DNA of 64,000 nt from Mytilus californianus (Eukaryota). The notes below the pieces were generated by a model that was not told the DNA's origin, did not search any database, and saw nothing but the letters and a program-made list of their open reading frames with translations. Below are positions 36,601 through 47,236 of this stretch, in pieces. Numbering within the stretch: the stretch's first letter is position 1; every line of letters begins with the position of its first letter. The position numbers were made by a program, and so were the translations under genes. Location: NCBI RefSeq assembly GCF_021869535.1, contig NW_026262581.1, positions 54,932,001-54,996,000 on the forward strand, given 5' to 3'.

Positions 36601-37230
36601 CTAAGTAACACAGATTCATTTAATTCTGATATATGCTAAAGAGCATTTATGAAATTGGCTATTACCAATGCCTTACTGATATAAAGAATTATCTCTCTTA
36701 AATGAGGTCCACCTAACCCCCGCCCCTCCTTAAATTTTACTGAGTTTGTTATCAAAATGACATAGGATTGAATTACAAGTGTTTGATGGAGTTAATCAGT
36801 TCATTTTCAAATGTTGATAGTTTTGTCAGTACACTACAATTTCCATTTCCTTCACAAATTGCATGCAGTATATAAATCAATAGAATAAAGCATTAATCTT
36901 CAACCTATATAAGATACAAGAAGTAAAAAGAATAAAAGTAGCAGCATGTTTTTCTTTTTTTCACTTGTGTTCAGATTTGTTGTTTTTTACAGGAAATTTC
37001 ATACCCATCTGTTACAATTTGATGGAGAAGGAGGTTGGAGAATGGAAGAACTTAATACAAACACTCGTCTTACCCTTAACGAAGAAAAACAGAAGCTTGA
37101 GACCCAATTAGCTGGTGTACCTAAGATGCATAACAGACTATCAGAGCTTTGCTCTATATTAGGAGAGGATTCAGTCTTACTATCCAGTCATGATAATTTA
37201 GATGATGTAGATGAATTGGTAGAGAGTTGA
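15621..37230 (+). CDS. ABCD2: Peroxisomal ABC half-transporter, ABCD1/ABCD2 (ALDP/ALDR) ortholog, 740 aa, 10 coding exons
   Basis: Exons 15621-16541, 16939-17125, 19210-19334, 20417-20570, 21457-21551, 22727-22872, 24350-24495, 25892-25976, 35443-35568, 36993-37230; all GT-AG and phase-consistent, total 2223 nt. Motifs: EEIAFYGG (EAA), Walker [10 protein letters not shown], signature LSGGEKQR, Walker [15 protein letters not shown]-loop ITHR. ATG 15621 is preferred over the TTG at 15567 used by the ORF track. The symbol is nominal: an invertebrate gene is likely co-orthologous to ABCD1 and ABCD2. Confidence 0.96.
17560..18350 (+). repeat. 'TGACCTTGACC' satellite-like HINE remnant in ABCD intron 2
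   Basis: Same units as 41465-42695. Confidence 0.65.
18590..19197 (+). mobile_element. Abundant interspersed repeat (TAAAATTGAGAATGGAAATGGGGAATG family) ending at the ABCD exon 3 acceptor
   Basis: Partial second copy at about 24568-24715; elevated GC; ends about 12 nt before exon 3. Confidence 0.65.
22245..22457 (-). mobile_element. Penelope-like retroelement RT C-terminal fragment
   Basis: [34 protein letters not shown] resembles the LLxQGF/YxxxKLxKxFxKFxxRY segment of Penelope-like elements (from memory). Confidence 0.55.
23724..24022. mobile_element. MITE whose TIRs are built of 8-bp GT(C/T)GACAG subrepeats
   Basis: TAAGTTGACAGGTTGACAGTT at 23724 vs CAACTGTCGACCTGTCAACTTA ending at 24022. 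Confidence 0.7.
25400..25680 (-). mobile_element. tRNA-derived SINE, degenerate
   Basis: Minus strand shows GGTCTAAG...GAGGTTGTGAGTTTGAACCC (A/B-box-like) and an (AATC)n tail; similar (AATC)n-tailed ends near 11030-11065 and 53540-53610. Confidence 0.55.
26493..26606 (+). repeat. 114-bp direct repeat, copy A (tandem GAAAGT IRF-type site plus TATAAATA)
   Basis: Aligns with 34816-34929 apart from two 6-nt indels and a few substitutions; GAAAGTGAAAGT at 26507-26518, TATAAATA at 26523-26530. Confidence 0.8.
26645..26689. promoter_or_regulatory. Triple GAAAGT IRF-type element plus AGTTTCATTTCG
   Basis: GAAAGTGAAAGTGAAAGT at 26645-26662 (canonical IRF1/2-type repeat); AGTTTCATTTCG at 26678-26689. 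Confidence 0.45.
26940..27645. repeat. ~70-bp satellite array (10 units), resuming at 29822-29978 (2 units)
   Basis: Unit TTCATAGTCATATTTGTTGCAGGGTTTTGTTGGGCTGCTGTCTCATTGATTTTCC...; the array is split by an insertion. Confidence 0.9.
27646..29821 (+). mobile_element. Helentron-associated (HINE/DINE-like) element inserted in the satellite
   Basis: 5' ACGACCGC...CGGTCGT hairpin, GGCGTT/GTCGTT microsatellite, 3' sub-terminal TGCGGTCGT (29786) and GCTGCGCTCAGCGAAGC stem-loop; inserted in a T-run. Confidence 0.75.
27923..29227. mobile_element. MITE with AATTAC-rich termini nested in the HINE
   Basis: TAATAATGGGGTCAATTAC... / ...CAATTACCCCATGTCTA; apparent 5-bp TSD GAAAT (27918-27922, 29228-29232); removing it joins the host sequence CTCTCTGAAATTATACCAC. 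Confidence 0.75.
30781..30954. repeat. 6 x 29-bp minisatellite overlapping the cGLR stop codon
   Basis: Units start at 30781, 30810, 30839, 30868, 30897 and 30926 (consensus TAGTGTCAGATGACACTTNNTAACCTTNN). The unit at 30926-30954 encodes LRLQGVI-stop on the minus strand. Confidence 0.9.
30931..32880 (-). CDS. cGAS-like receptor (cGLR; Mab-21 nucleotidyltransferase plus C-terminal helical/TPR-like region), single 649-aa coding exon nested antisense in ABCD intron 8
   Basis: Uninterrupted ORF with SGSKGEG...SDFDLM (D67, D69), HGPC...MDIAFCL (D172), [27 protein letters not shown] and [10 protein letters not shown] (Mab-21 motifs); C-terminal [15 protein letters not shown] and CGIAHQLLG helical region. 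Splice acceptor (TTTTGTAG) lies 6 nt upstream of the ATG. Confidence 0.9.
   Translation of the reverse strand: MQKMAGMSTEEYESLNFYKYLCKKIGSKEVVKIRRLTSTIIDMEQTYIFKHITSGSKGEGLYFKSSDFDLMAVDPFFKVYQSEKEAVFDGPSIPLIMNTEETLPCFTQLCLPNYYHYMLPYFKNKWQRNHLECMFSSENYKLVHLSIYPPKIAKMFTKIHGPCVSDINDVMDIAFCLKCDKWIFQAQPWVSRSRTTWPSPEIISKIISCGVLFVPIGCKGSVNENLEWRISFSVAEKFLIYAFSHTQLLCYALLKILLKEIVEKHEDLKGLLCSYFLKTLMFWISEETDPNLWRPGNIIPCFMTCLQRLLYCVKYSILPHYFIPDNNFFCTRFNVMNKEKLTTILKNLNEQGIVCFKSSETLQDYQRLSFQIPEYFGIIRIVPETSSYIPSIKNMRLLYHFLHNAKTGLSRGLFALHLSVASRFALDASKHHYSSENKQQYFKYKYDLSHLLIGVNSDAVSGWLTLASFFYVHKNYFASLSVVNYTLQKYTDEKFYTISSMTEDKLNHFQKHELNLMKKETIYRVYKTLTIFPLLFHEKSSIIPQELQVDVTNNNPVYHPLAFAYFLSFLCYYHLQDITSCRFCLRQLKSIITNASLKANFPYMCTPVLCGIAHQLLGETNFARLLFQVCAVLDPHKATSAALRLQGVI
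32977..33028. mobile_element. 52-bp hairpin mini-element with 8-bp TSD in the cGLR intron
   Basis: 20-bp arms 32978-32997 / 33009-33028 (1 mismatch), flanked by GGTAAATT at 32969-32976 and 33029-33036. Confidence 0.7.
33705..33912. mobile_element. Short MITE (TACTGTGGATTCATT...AATGAATCCACAGTA family)
   Basis: 3' end AATGAATCCACAGTA near 33912; a related 5' portion at about 41041-41160. Confidence 0.55.
34124..34244 (-). CDS. Upstream exon of the cGLR: 5' UTR with 6-codon uORF plus 7 coding codons (MAEKELK)
   Basis: AAG|GTAAG donor at 34123. ATG 34144-34124 is 21 nt, preceded by an in-frame TAG, and splices in frame to ACA GAT ATG at 32886. uORF ATG GAG CCT GCA AAA AAC TGA at 34189-34169. 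The 5' boundary (weak AAG acceptor at 34246/34245, or a TSS) is uncertain. Confidence 0.6.
34334..34637. promoter_or_regulatory. IRF-E/ISRE-like motifs upstream of the cGLR
   Basis: GAAATTGAAACCAAAACT at 34334-34351 and TTTCCAGTTTCAGTTTT at 34621-34637 fit GAAANNGAAA / AGTTTCNNTTT. Motif match only, in AT-rich DNA. Confidence 0.4.
34816..34929 (+). repeat. 114-bp direct repeat, copy B
   Basis: Same sequence as 26493-26606, but an extra ACTAGT splits the tandem GAAAGT. Confidence 0.8.
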
Positions 37231-37324
37231 TGCACAACATTCCCTAGTTGATTTCTTTTATTTCTTCAAATTCTCTTGCCAGTGATATTGTACTAGTTAA
37301 CTAGTGTTAGTGAACAGTTTTAGA

Positions 37325-37449
37325 AACAAATCATGTCTATGATTAACAAATCATGTCTATGATTAACAAATCATGTTTATGATTTAACAAATCATGTTTA
37401 TGGTTTAACAAATCATGTTTATGATTTAACAAAATCATGTCTATGATTT
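37325..37449 (+). repeat. 6 x 20-21-bp tandem repeat of palindromic units in the presumed ABCD 3' UTR
   Basis: AACAAATCATGTYTATGATT(T) x6; each unit holds AATCAT-GTYT-ATGATT (one unit has ATGGTT). Confidence 0.9.
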
Positions 37450-38043
37450 TGGTACATAAAATGTTTTATTAAATATTCAGTTTACAATAACTAATTACAC
37501 ATTATTGGGTATTTTCCCTTTGTGATTAATTTTAACAAACAGAGCACTATTGATTGATTACATTTTAATTTGACAGCATTCTTTAAATATTTGAACAACC
37601 AATATTTATGAATGACCATTACTACAGCATTGATTACAAGTTTGATGTTCTGTTGTTGTTTAATAATTCCATATGTATCTAGTCAGTTTTGATATTTGTG
37701 CTCAGGGTAGCATATATGAATGTACTTATATTATGTCTTTTTAAACCAAGGAAAAGAAATTCCCAGATTTTCATTCTAACTTTAAGGGGTCATTTAACGA
37801 TAAAAAATGCTCTAAGTTTCTATCATCGTAACCCTGGTGGTTGTTTGTAATAGGATTGTATAAGATTGGAATTACCCTATTCAAGAAAAAAGTTGGATGA
37901 GAATCTGGGGCATTTTTTTACTATGGCCTAAATGTATAATGGTTGTTTTCCTGTACAATATACTCATTCTAAGCACAAATCATATTTTGTAAAAGATGTC
38001 AGCATTTTATACAAGGGATGGGAAAAAATACAACAATTTTCTG

Positions 38044-38193
38044 TGAAGAATCCGATTATATTATATTAATAGTAATTAGTTAATAGAAAAAACTCCTTTT
38101 TCTAAGGTAATTTTCTTTGAAGAATCAGATTATATTATATTAATAGAAATTTGTTAATAAAAAAAAACTCCTTTTTCTACGGTAATTTTCTTT
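38044..38193. repeat. 2 x ~74-bp tandem duplication
   Basis: TGAAGAATC.GATTATATTATATTAATAG...CTCCTTTTTCTA.GGTAATTTTCTTT twice. Confidence 0.8.
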
Positions 38194-39145
38194 AACAGTG
38201 ATGTCAGCATCAAACTACTGAATTATTCATCCAGAGCATGAACAAAATTTACAAATTTTGTTGATCATAAGATACTTTTACAAACTATAGATTTCATCTT
38301 TTGATGTCAGAAAGACAAGTTTTAACAAAGGAGTGACGGGGAAGCAATTAACTGTTCTGTCTTTTTTTTTATTCTGTAGATAACTGTCGACTTACATTTA
38401 TCATTTTTAAAACTGAGTAAGGGGTAGATCCTCCTTTGCAGAACAAACTTCTGGAATTTTCAGAAACCATTGAAAAACCAATATCCCATTCTTGAAGCCA
38501 TCTTTAATTTTAAAATGTGTTTCAGCAATGCACTTTTTGTAAGTCTACCATCCCTTAAAAAAGGCCACATCTACAGTTAAAATGTGCATTTCAATCCTTT
38601 GAAAAATTTGTGATGGGTGTAATTTGTTAGTATAAAATTGCTGTAAGATGTAGATGAGCAAAAAATACCATCATTTATTAAGATTATTCAAAATTGTAGA
38701 TGGCCTCTTCTTATTAAAAACAACATAATTTCCAAGTCAAGCTAAATTTTCTATTATTATATGATTATACAACTACCAAAATTTGAGAGACTGCCATCTT
38801 ATAAAAATCTTTCTTTATGGCAAAATCTGCTGTAACAGTATTAATATATATGATAGTGTTTTTGAAATGAGTGTATTTTCATGGGAATATTGTATTATGT
38901 GTGGATATTATCATTGTGATATTAAATTAAGGAGTCTTAAAAAGCTGTATCATTTTTTCTTTGGTGGATTACCATCAGTTGTCATTTTCTGCTAAGCTTA
39001 AATGTATTTTTGTTGTATTATTAGTTGTATTTATAAGCAAAGGTTTTACTGTCACAAAAAGTTGTTTATGTGCCAAATAGGAAATCTGGAAGGTTCAAGC
39101 AATTGCAGAAAGATACTCATCTAAATGTGTATTATGTGTAACCAG

Positions 39146-39151
39146 AATAAA
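39146..39151 (+). other. Candidate polyadenylation signal of ABCD
   Basis: AATAAA about 1.9 kb after the stop, followed by GT/T-rich sequence; other candidates exist. Confidence 0.25.
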
Positions 39152-41464
39152 GACATGTTTGCATGAATAATGAAATCCATAGCAATGTTTTACCAATTTC
39201 TCACATAACTTTAGTCTATTTGTTAATATATTTTGTCTACCTTTAGCTACATAGTTTAGATGGCTAAATTTTTAAAAAGGCACAAATATGATTTTTCAAC
39301 TTAAAAAGATACCTACTGTGTCCCCATTTACTTTAAAAAAAATATATATTGTTTTCTAATTCATTCTATTTTGTATATCACTAAGTCCTTAACAATGCAA
39401 ATTACAATGCAGTTTGATTTTAAAAAGAATATGTTACTGATCGGCCATTTTTAATAATGATTAATTTTTTAAACTATGTTGAATGTACCTTGTCCAACAA
39501 ACAGACATTTTTTTCACCAGAGAGAGTTTTCACTTATACCATGTTACCTGGGTATAGCTATATAAACAAGTATCATATTACCACATAATGTTTCACATTT
39601 TTACAAATTTAAATGATAAGTCAACGTAATAAATATTATGTTTTTGCTGACCTCGTCTAGACAACTGACATGTGATTTTTTGCCACCTTTTGGCATTCTT
39701 TTTTCATTCCCTGTTGTAAATTTTATAATAAAAAAACATTCTGTGAAGTTAGACCAAATTGTTCTGCATTCTGTTAAGGGGATGTAACATGGCTTTTGAA
39801 GGCTAATAGTAGGTAAGCTAATTTGGCTTCCATTACTGTGTACAAAAAATATATACCGGGTAAGTGAAGTACAAACAACCAAAGTCAAATTCTACAATTT
39901 TTAATATCTCCTTCAACCACCAAAGCTTATATTAAGGTAGATGTAAATACTTATATTATGAAATTGGTTTTTGTGATTTATTTAGAATAGAGAGGGTTCT
40001 TATATAGACCCTTTGTATAAGTAACCTGTAAGACTTGAATAGTTTGATCAAAGGAAGAAAGCTTCCAAAGACCTACTAACAAAGTGTACAGGGTAATCTA
40101 ATATTGTTATTGATGTTGTAAATGTGTTGTTGGGTTTGTTATCTCATTAATTGTTACCTGGCATCCTTTATTCTTATCCCTTTTTCATTGGTCGGGATAA
40201 AATTATGAACAAAGTGTATGAATTTTATGGTATGAAGATATGCTTCATTTAGGTCCAGGCTATAAGGCTTAAAAGTTACATAATAAGATGTGGTTATCCT
40301 TTTGAGATCACTGGATTTTCCAGTAATCATAGTCTTTTATCAGCATCAGAATCCAGGGTGTCTTTTTCTGAGCATCCTCTTCTGGTCATGTTCCAAAAAT
40401 ACTTTTTTGCTTAAATATTTTACCAAATATCATTAAATATACAACACAAACATCTACAACTTAAAATTTAAAGATTAAACTAACAGAAAATTAAGTGTCG
40501 ATAAGTTTATTTAAAATTTTCAGAAAAATCCTTTTAAAATCAAAGGCAGATAATTATACTGAAGTTGATAGGACAATTGTGTTTTTTTTTTTAATTTTCA
40601 AAAAAATAAGGCCTGTGACGGTGTGACCCCCTTTTTTTATTTTATATTTCATGAAAAGCAATTCTCTCATTGAATTTTAACTAATTCTATCATTTAATGT
40701 TTCCTCAATAGAGAAAAATAAAGTTTCTGCTATATAACCCATACAAAATAATTGCAATTTCGTTAATTTTAATATATTTTAACAAAAAAACGAGGTCTGT
40801 GACCCCCAGTTTTTATATTGAAATTTGAAAGTAAATTGACCCAGATGTCTTTCACTATAGTTTAAGAAAAATCTATCGTCAAACATTTGGACACCCCGGC
40901 TACCTTAAATGATAAGACCTTTATGTATTTGCCTTGACCTATAATGGTTTACTTTTATAAATTGTAACTTGGATGGAGAGTTGTCTCATTGGCACTCATA
41001 CCACATCTTCCTATATCTATTGGATGTGTTTTTGCATGGTTACTGTGGATTTCATTAATATTTTTGGGATACCAATTTTCATGGGTTTCATGGGTACAGG
41101 TGAACCAGGAATTCAAGTATTTAGCCAATTATAAATTTTCTAAAGGCTTTGAATGTAGAGATAAGCAAAATTTATTTATCAGTTTTTAAGGTTGATAGGC
41201 CTGCTTTCCTGTCACCTATTCATCTATGTACTATATTTTGTATTTATTATTATACTATGTAAAAACTTATAATAACAACACTTTCCTGATTGCTCAAGTG
41301 ATTAAAAAATATGACAAATATACCGAACTCCAAGGTATATTCAAAAAGGAGAAGTCCATAAAAACCAATAAAATCAAAGGTTATCAATCAACTGAAAGAA
41401 TGAAAAACAAGTGTCATATTCCTGCCTTGGTACAGGCAATTGAAAAATGGTGGGTTAAACCTGG

Positions 41465-42695
41465 TTGTCGAGCCTGCGACTTTTGTCGCAGAAAGCTCGA
41501 CATAGGGATAGCGATCCGGCGGCGGCGGCGGCGTTAGCTTACTTTTTAAAAGCTTTATATTTTAGAAGATGGAAGACCTGGATGCTTCATACTTTGTATA
41601 TGGATGCCTCATGTTACGAAGTTTCCGTCAGTCACATGTCCAATGTCCTTGACCTCATTTTCATGGTTCAGTGACTACTTGAAAAAAAAGTTCAGATTTT
41701 TTGTAATGTTAAATTCTCTCTTATTATAAGTAATAGGATAACTATATTTGGTATGTGCGTACCTTGCAAGGTCCTCATGCCCGTCAGACAGTTTTCACTT
41801 GACCTCGACCTCATTTCATGGATCAGTGAACAAGGTTAAGTTTTCGTGGTCAAGTCCATATCTCAGATACTATAAGCAATAGGTCTAGTATATTCGGTGT
41901 ATGGAAGGACTGTAAGGTCTACATGTCCAACTGGCAGGTGTCATCTGACCTTGACCTCATTTTCATGGTTCAGTGGTTATAGTTAAGTTTTTGTGTTTTG
42001 GTCTGTTTTTCTTATACTGTATGCAATAGGTCTACTATATTTGGTGTATGGAATGATTGTAAGGTGTACATGTCTAGCTGGCAGGTGTCATCTGACCTTG
42101 ACCTTATTTTCATGGTTCAGTGGTCAAAGTTAAGTTTTTGAGTTTTGGTCTTTCTTTCTAATACTGCATGCAATAGGTCAGCTATATTTGGTGTATGGAA
42201 TGATTGTAAGGTGTACATGTCTAGCTGGCAGGTGTCATCTTACCTTGACCTCATTTTCATGGTTCAGTGGTCAGAGTTAAGTTTTTGTGTTTTGGTCTTT
42301 TTTTCTAATCCTATATGCAATAGTTCAACTATATTTGGTGTATGGAAATATTTTATGATCTATATGTCAGTTACGCAGGTTTTATTTGACCTTGACCTCT
42401 TTTTCAAGGTTCATTGCTCAGTGTTAAGTTTTTGTGTTTTTGTCTGTTTTTCTTAAACTATAAGCAATAGGTCAACTATATTTGTTGTATGGAAGAAGTG
42501 TTAGCTGTACATGCCTGCCTAGCATGGTTCATCTGACCTTGACCTCATTTTCATGGTTCATTGGTCAATGTTTAGTTTACTTGGTTAATGTTAAGTTTAT
42601 GTGACAGTTGTAATAAAGCTTTATATTTAGGACTATCAACATAATATCAATGATTAGTAAAGAAGGCGAGACATTTCAGCGTGTGCACTCTTGTT
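41465..42695 (+). mobile_element. Full-length HINE-like element with (CGG)n microsatellite and internal satellite array
   Basis: 5' TGTCGAGC-CTGCGAC...GTCGCAG-AAA-GCTCGACA hairpin, CCGGCGGCGGCGGCGGCG, repeated TGACCTTGACC units of roughly 150 bp, 3' GAGACATTTCAGCGTGTGCACTCTTGTTT. Confidence 0.8.
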
Positions 42696-42810
42696 TTATA
42701 GCTAGCTAAACCTCCCACCTGTATGACAGTCGTTTATAGCTAAATGAAATTGACATGTTTCAGTGTCTACATAGGACACCATTGTCAGGATAAAAACAGT
42801 ACATTCTTCA

Positions 42811-42905
42811 CACAATCTAATTAGAATATTAAATCTCTGCACTCGCTCAGCGACCAAGCATAAACAAATGAGTTAGAGCAGAGATTTAATTTTAATTAGA
42901 TTGTG
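42811..42905. repeat. ~95-bp palindromic element
   Basis: Arms 42811-42840 and 42878-42905 (CACAATCTAATTA...TTAAATCTCTGC and its complement). Confidence 0.8.
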
Positions 42906-43264
42906 CATTACACACTTTTCAGTGTGGAATTTTTTTCTTAAGGTATTGAAATCTAACTGTGTAAACATTTGTGATTATGGATAGAATGTGCAAAGCTTTA
43001 TGTAATACTAATCAAAAATAGATGAAGTGATTTTTAATGATTTTGAACTAGTGAGTGGTCCTTAATTAATAAGAATATGGCGCACAGAACAATCATATTT
43101 TGACTTTACATATTTTTGTTTTGTTGTTATTGTCTAGAACAAATGTTGTGATTGTGTATTAACTTATAATTGACTATTAAATTTGATTTTAAGATCACCA
43201 ATAAAGATCCATGAGTTTTTTTCTTTCTTTTTTTTGGTTCCTTTATTAATAGAACTGAAAGATT

Positions 43265-43460
43265 GCCTGGAGGTCAGTTGGTAGTGTGTTTGCCTTGTGT
43301 GGGTGGTCATGGACCGTTCAATCTCCACAAGAGTCACATTAAATACTTTGAATTGGTATTTGTCTCTTCAGTGCCAAATTTCTAGCATTTGATATAACAG
43401 CATTAAACTGGTCTCAAAAGTAAGAATAACGTGTTCCGCTGGGGTGTAACTTTGTAACTA
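43265..43460 (+). mobile_element. Degenerate tRNA-derived SINE
   Basis: GGTCAGTTGGTAG (A-box-like) and GTTCAATCTCC (B-box-like), followed by a TTGGTATTTG...CAGCATTAA body. Confidence 0.5.
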
Positions 43461-44007
43461 GTCAGTTAAAAGTCTGACTAGTCTAATACAAAAAAGTTAT
43501 ATCAATTTGATATAAATGTTACCATCCTGAAAATGCATTGGAATATTTTCTCGGAACATTAAGCTTATATCAAGCAATAAATATGCATATAAATGTATTA
43601 CAGTATATTAAAATAGAAATCATTATATTGTAAATGCCACCACATAACTCTAAGTATTGGATTTCCACAAATCAGGTTTTTCAGCAAGTACAGACTAAGA
43701 GAGTACCTATCAATTCAAATAAATATCTACAACATAAGAAATGAAAATATATAATCCAGAAGACACTAAAAGCATAGGACAAGTCAACCTTAAATGTGTC
43801 AAATTACACTGGAAACTAAAGCTCTAAATAATATAACTCCCCACAAAACCAGATGTCATATTTGTCTCTTCAGAAATTATAACATGCAAAAATGGTTAAA
43901 TTTCAGTAAGAGTTAATTGCTTTAAACCCTGGGGTGGTTCAGAACTTGATAGATTGTATGGACATCTGTTTGTGGTTGGAGAATATATGTTGACAGGTAG
44001 AATTTCT

Positions 44008-45333
44008 TTTATAGCTCACCTAGCCCAAAAGGGCCAAGTGAGCTTTTCTCATCACTTGGCATCCGGCGTCTGTCGTTAACTTTTACAAAAAATCATCTCC
44101 TCTGAAACTACTGAGCCAAAGTTAACCAAACTTGGCCACAATCATCATTGGGGTATCTAGTTTTAAAACATGTGTCCGATGACCCGGCCATGCAACCAAG
44201 ATGGACGCCATGGCTAAAAATAGAAAATAGGGGTAAAATGTAGATTTTGGCTTATATCTCTAAAACCAAAGCGTTTAGAGCAAATCTGACGAGATAAAAT
44301 TGTTCATCAGGTCAAGATCTATCTGCCCTGAAATTTTCAGACAAATCAGACAACACATTGTTGGGTTGCTGCCCCTGAATTGGTAATTTTAAGAAAATTT
44401 TGCAGTTTTTGGTTATCTTGAATATTATTATAGATAGAGATAAACTGTGAACTGCAATAATGTTCAGCAAAGTAAGATCTACAAATAAGTCAACATGTCC
44501 AAAATTGTCAATTGACCCCTTAAGGAGTTATTGCCCTTTATAGTCAATTTTTAACAATTTTTCGTAAATTTTTGTAATCTTTTACAAAAATCTTCTCCTC
44601 TGAAACTACTGAGACAAATTTTACCAAACTTGGCCATAATAGTCATTAGGGTATCTAGTTTAAAAAATGTGTCAGATGACCCCGCCTGCCAACCAACATG
44701 GCCGACATGGCTTAAAATAGAACATAGGGGTCAAATGCAGTTTTTGGCTTATATCCCTGAAACTAAAGCATTTAGAGCAAATCTGACATGGGTAAACATG
44801 TACATCAGGTTTAGATCTATCTGCCCTGAAATTTTCAGATGAATCAGACAACTTGTTGTTGGGTTGCTGCCCCTGAATTGGTAATTTTAAGGAAATTTTG
44901 CAGTTTTTGGTTATTATCTTTAATATTATTATAGATAGAGATAAACTGTAAACAGCAATATGACCAAAATTGTCAATTGACCCCATAAGGAGTTATTGCC
45001 CTTCAAATAAGAGACAAAAAGTCAAATTTAACAATTATTCGTAAATTTTTGTAATCTTTTACAAAAATCTTCTCTCCTGAAACAACTGAGACAAATTTAA
45101 CCAAACTTGGCCACAATCATCACTAGGGTATCTAGTTTAAATAATGTGTCCGATGACCCTGCCTGCCAACCAACATGTCAGACATGGCTAAAAATAGAAC
45201 TTGGGGGGAAAATGCAGTTTTTGACTTATATCTCTGAAACTAAAGCAAATGTATAACGGTTGCATTATTTCATGCATCAATTGTAGATAAAAATATCAGG
45301 ATAGAGACACAGGCTCCTTGGAGCCTCTAGTTT
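44008..45333 (+). mobile_element. HINE-like element with internal ~500-bp tandem duplications
   Basis: TAGCTCACCT...GTGAGCT 5' hairpin, repeated CTCCTCTGAAACTACTG...GGGTATCTAGTT blocks, 3' CAGGCTC...GAGCCTCTAGTTT; inverse relatives at 8056-10137 and about 63300-63848. Confidence 0.75.
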
Positions 45334-46213
45334 TATGACCCCGCTGCAGGGGAGGGGTATTAAATGTTACCTTTGTCCGTCTGTACGTCCATTCATATGG
45401 CCCGAAATTGGTTTCCATTCTCTAACTTTAGTTTGCCTCAACCAAATGTTATGAAACTGTACACAATGCTTTCATTATTACCACAAAACACAGATAAGGT
45501 TTGAATTTGGGTGGTGTCACTTTTACTGTTCTAGAGTTATGCCCCTTTACAAATGGAAAAATCTATAAATTTTTCGTTTCAGTTCTCCAACTTCAGTTTG
45601 CCTCGAACTTATGTTATGAAACTTATGTCCCTTTATAACATGCAAGTGGGGGTATCATATGTGTCCCATGGACACATTCTCCATTTATTTTGTATTATTT
45701 CATTGCTTGCTCGTCTCCTTTTATTCATGTGTAGTATGAGAATTGTTATGTCATTGCAAATGAAAATATATGTATGATCATATTTAATGATTGGTGACCA
45801 ATAAGTGAAGTGTGAACAACATTCTCACCAAGAAAAGCATGTTGAAAGAAAGATATCAACTTGAATGATTGCTATAATTGATTTGTACAGACATCTTCTA
45901 ATAAGGTGCACACTTCATTTTAATAAAGGTAAAATCAATATTATCAAAAAAGCTAGGAAACAGACTTTTAGACTTAACATTTAAAAACTGGAGATGTTAT
46001 GATTGCCAATGAGATAACTATCCACCATAGACCAAATTATGTAAATTTGAGGAACTAAAGGTTGCCAAATGGCATTCAACAATGAGCAAAAATTAACAAG
46101 TCAAATATTGTAAACGGGTATTGCATAGCTACTGATAAAGAGAACTTTTTCCAGAAAGATGAATTTCCACAAAATGAGAATTAAGTTATGGATGTGCCAT
46201 GTGTTAAAACATA

Positions 46214-47236
46214 AAAACAAGAGTGCACACGCTGAAATGTCTTGCCTTCTATACTGACCATTGCTTTAAGTTGATAGTCCTAAATATAAAGTTTTACTAC
46301 AAGTATCACATTAACATTTATGATCCAAGAAAATGAGGTCAAGGTAGATAAACCAAGCCGGAAATACATGTACACCTCATAATACAAATAATCATGAACC
46401 ATGAAAATGAGGTATACATATAGTATCTAAAAAAACAAAGTTAACCAGGAAAACTGAACATTGACCAATGAACCATGAAAATGAGGTGAAGGTCAGATGA
46501 TACCTGCCAGACAGACATATACACCTTACAATCATTCCATACACCAAATATAGTTGACCTATTGCTTAAAGTTTAAGAAAAACAGACCAAAACACAAAAA
46601 CTTAACATTGAGCAATGAACCATGAAAATGATGTCAAGGTCAAATAAAACCTCCCAGACTGACATGTACATCATACAATATTTCCATACACCAAATATAG
46701 TTGACCTATTGCATACAGTATTAGAAAAACAGACCAAAACACAAAAATTTAACTTTTACCACTGAACCATGAAAATGAGGTCAAGGTCAGATGACACCTG
46801 CCAGTTGGACATGTACACCTTACAATCATTACTTACACCAAATATAATACTATCTGAGATATGGTCTTGACCACAAAAATCACTGATCCATGAAATGAGG
46901 TCAATGTCAAGTGAAAACTGTCTGACAGGCATGAGGACCTTGCGAGCTACGCACATACCAAATATAGTTATCCTATTACTCATAATAAGAGAGAAATTAA
47001 CATTACAAAAAATCTTAACTTTTTTTTTCAAGTAGTCACTGAACCATAAATGAGGTCAAGGACAATGGACATATGACAGACGGAAACTTCAAATCATAAG
47101 GAATCTATATACAAAGAATGAAGCATCAAGGTCTTTTACCTTCTGAAATATTAAGAAGTTAGTTAACGCTGTCATCGCCACCAGATCACTATCCCTATGT
47201 TGAGCTTTCTGCGACAGAAGTTGCAGGCTCGACAAA
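46214..47236 (-). mobile_element. Inverted copy of the 41465-42695 HINE family
   Basis: AAACAAGAGTGCACACGCTGAAATGTCT at 46214 and GCGACAGAAGTTGCAGGCTCGACAAA at the right end. Confidence 0.8.

Noticed and set aside
41226-42456. ORFs of about 100 aa including a poly-Arg tail
   Set aside because: They arise from the (CGG)n microsatellite and satellite units of a HINE element.
43265-43340. Possible tRNA gene
   Set aside because: A/B-box-like motifs are present but no cloverleaf can be built; it continues into a SINE body.
44630-44986. Overlapping 70- and 104-aa ORFs
   Set aside because: They lie inside the internally duplicated non-autonomous repeat 44008-45333, with no transposase or RT motifs.
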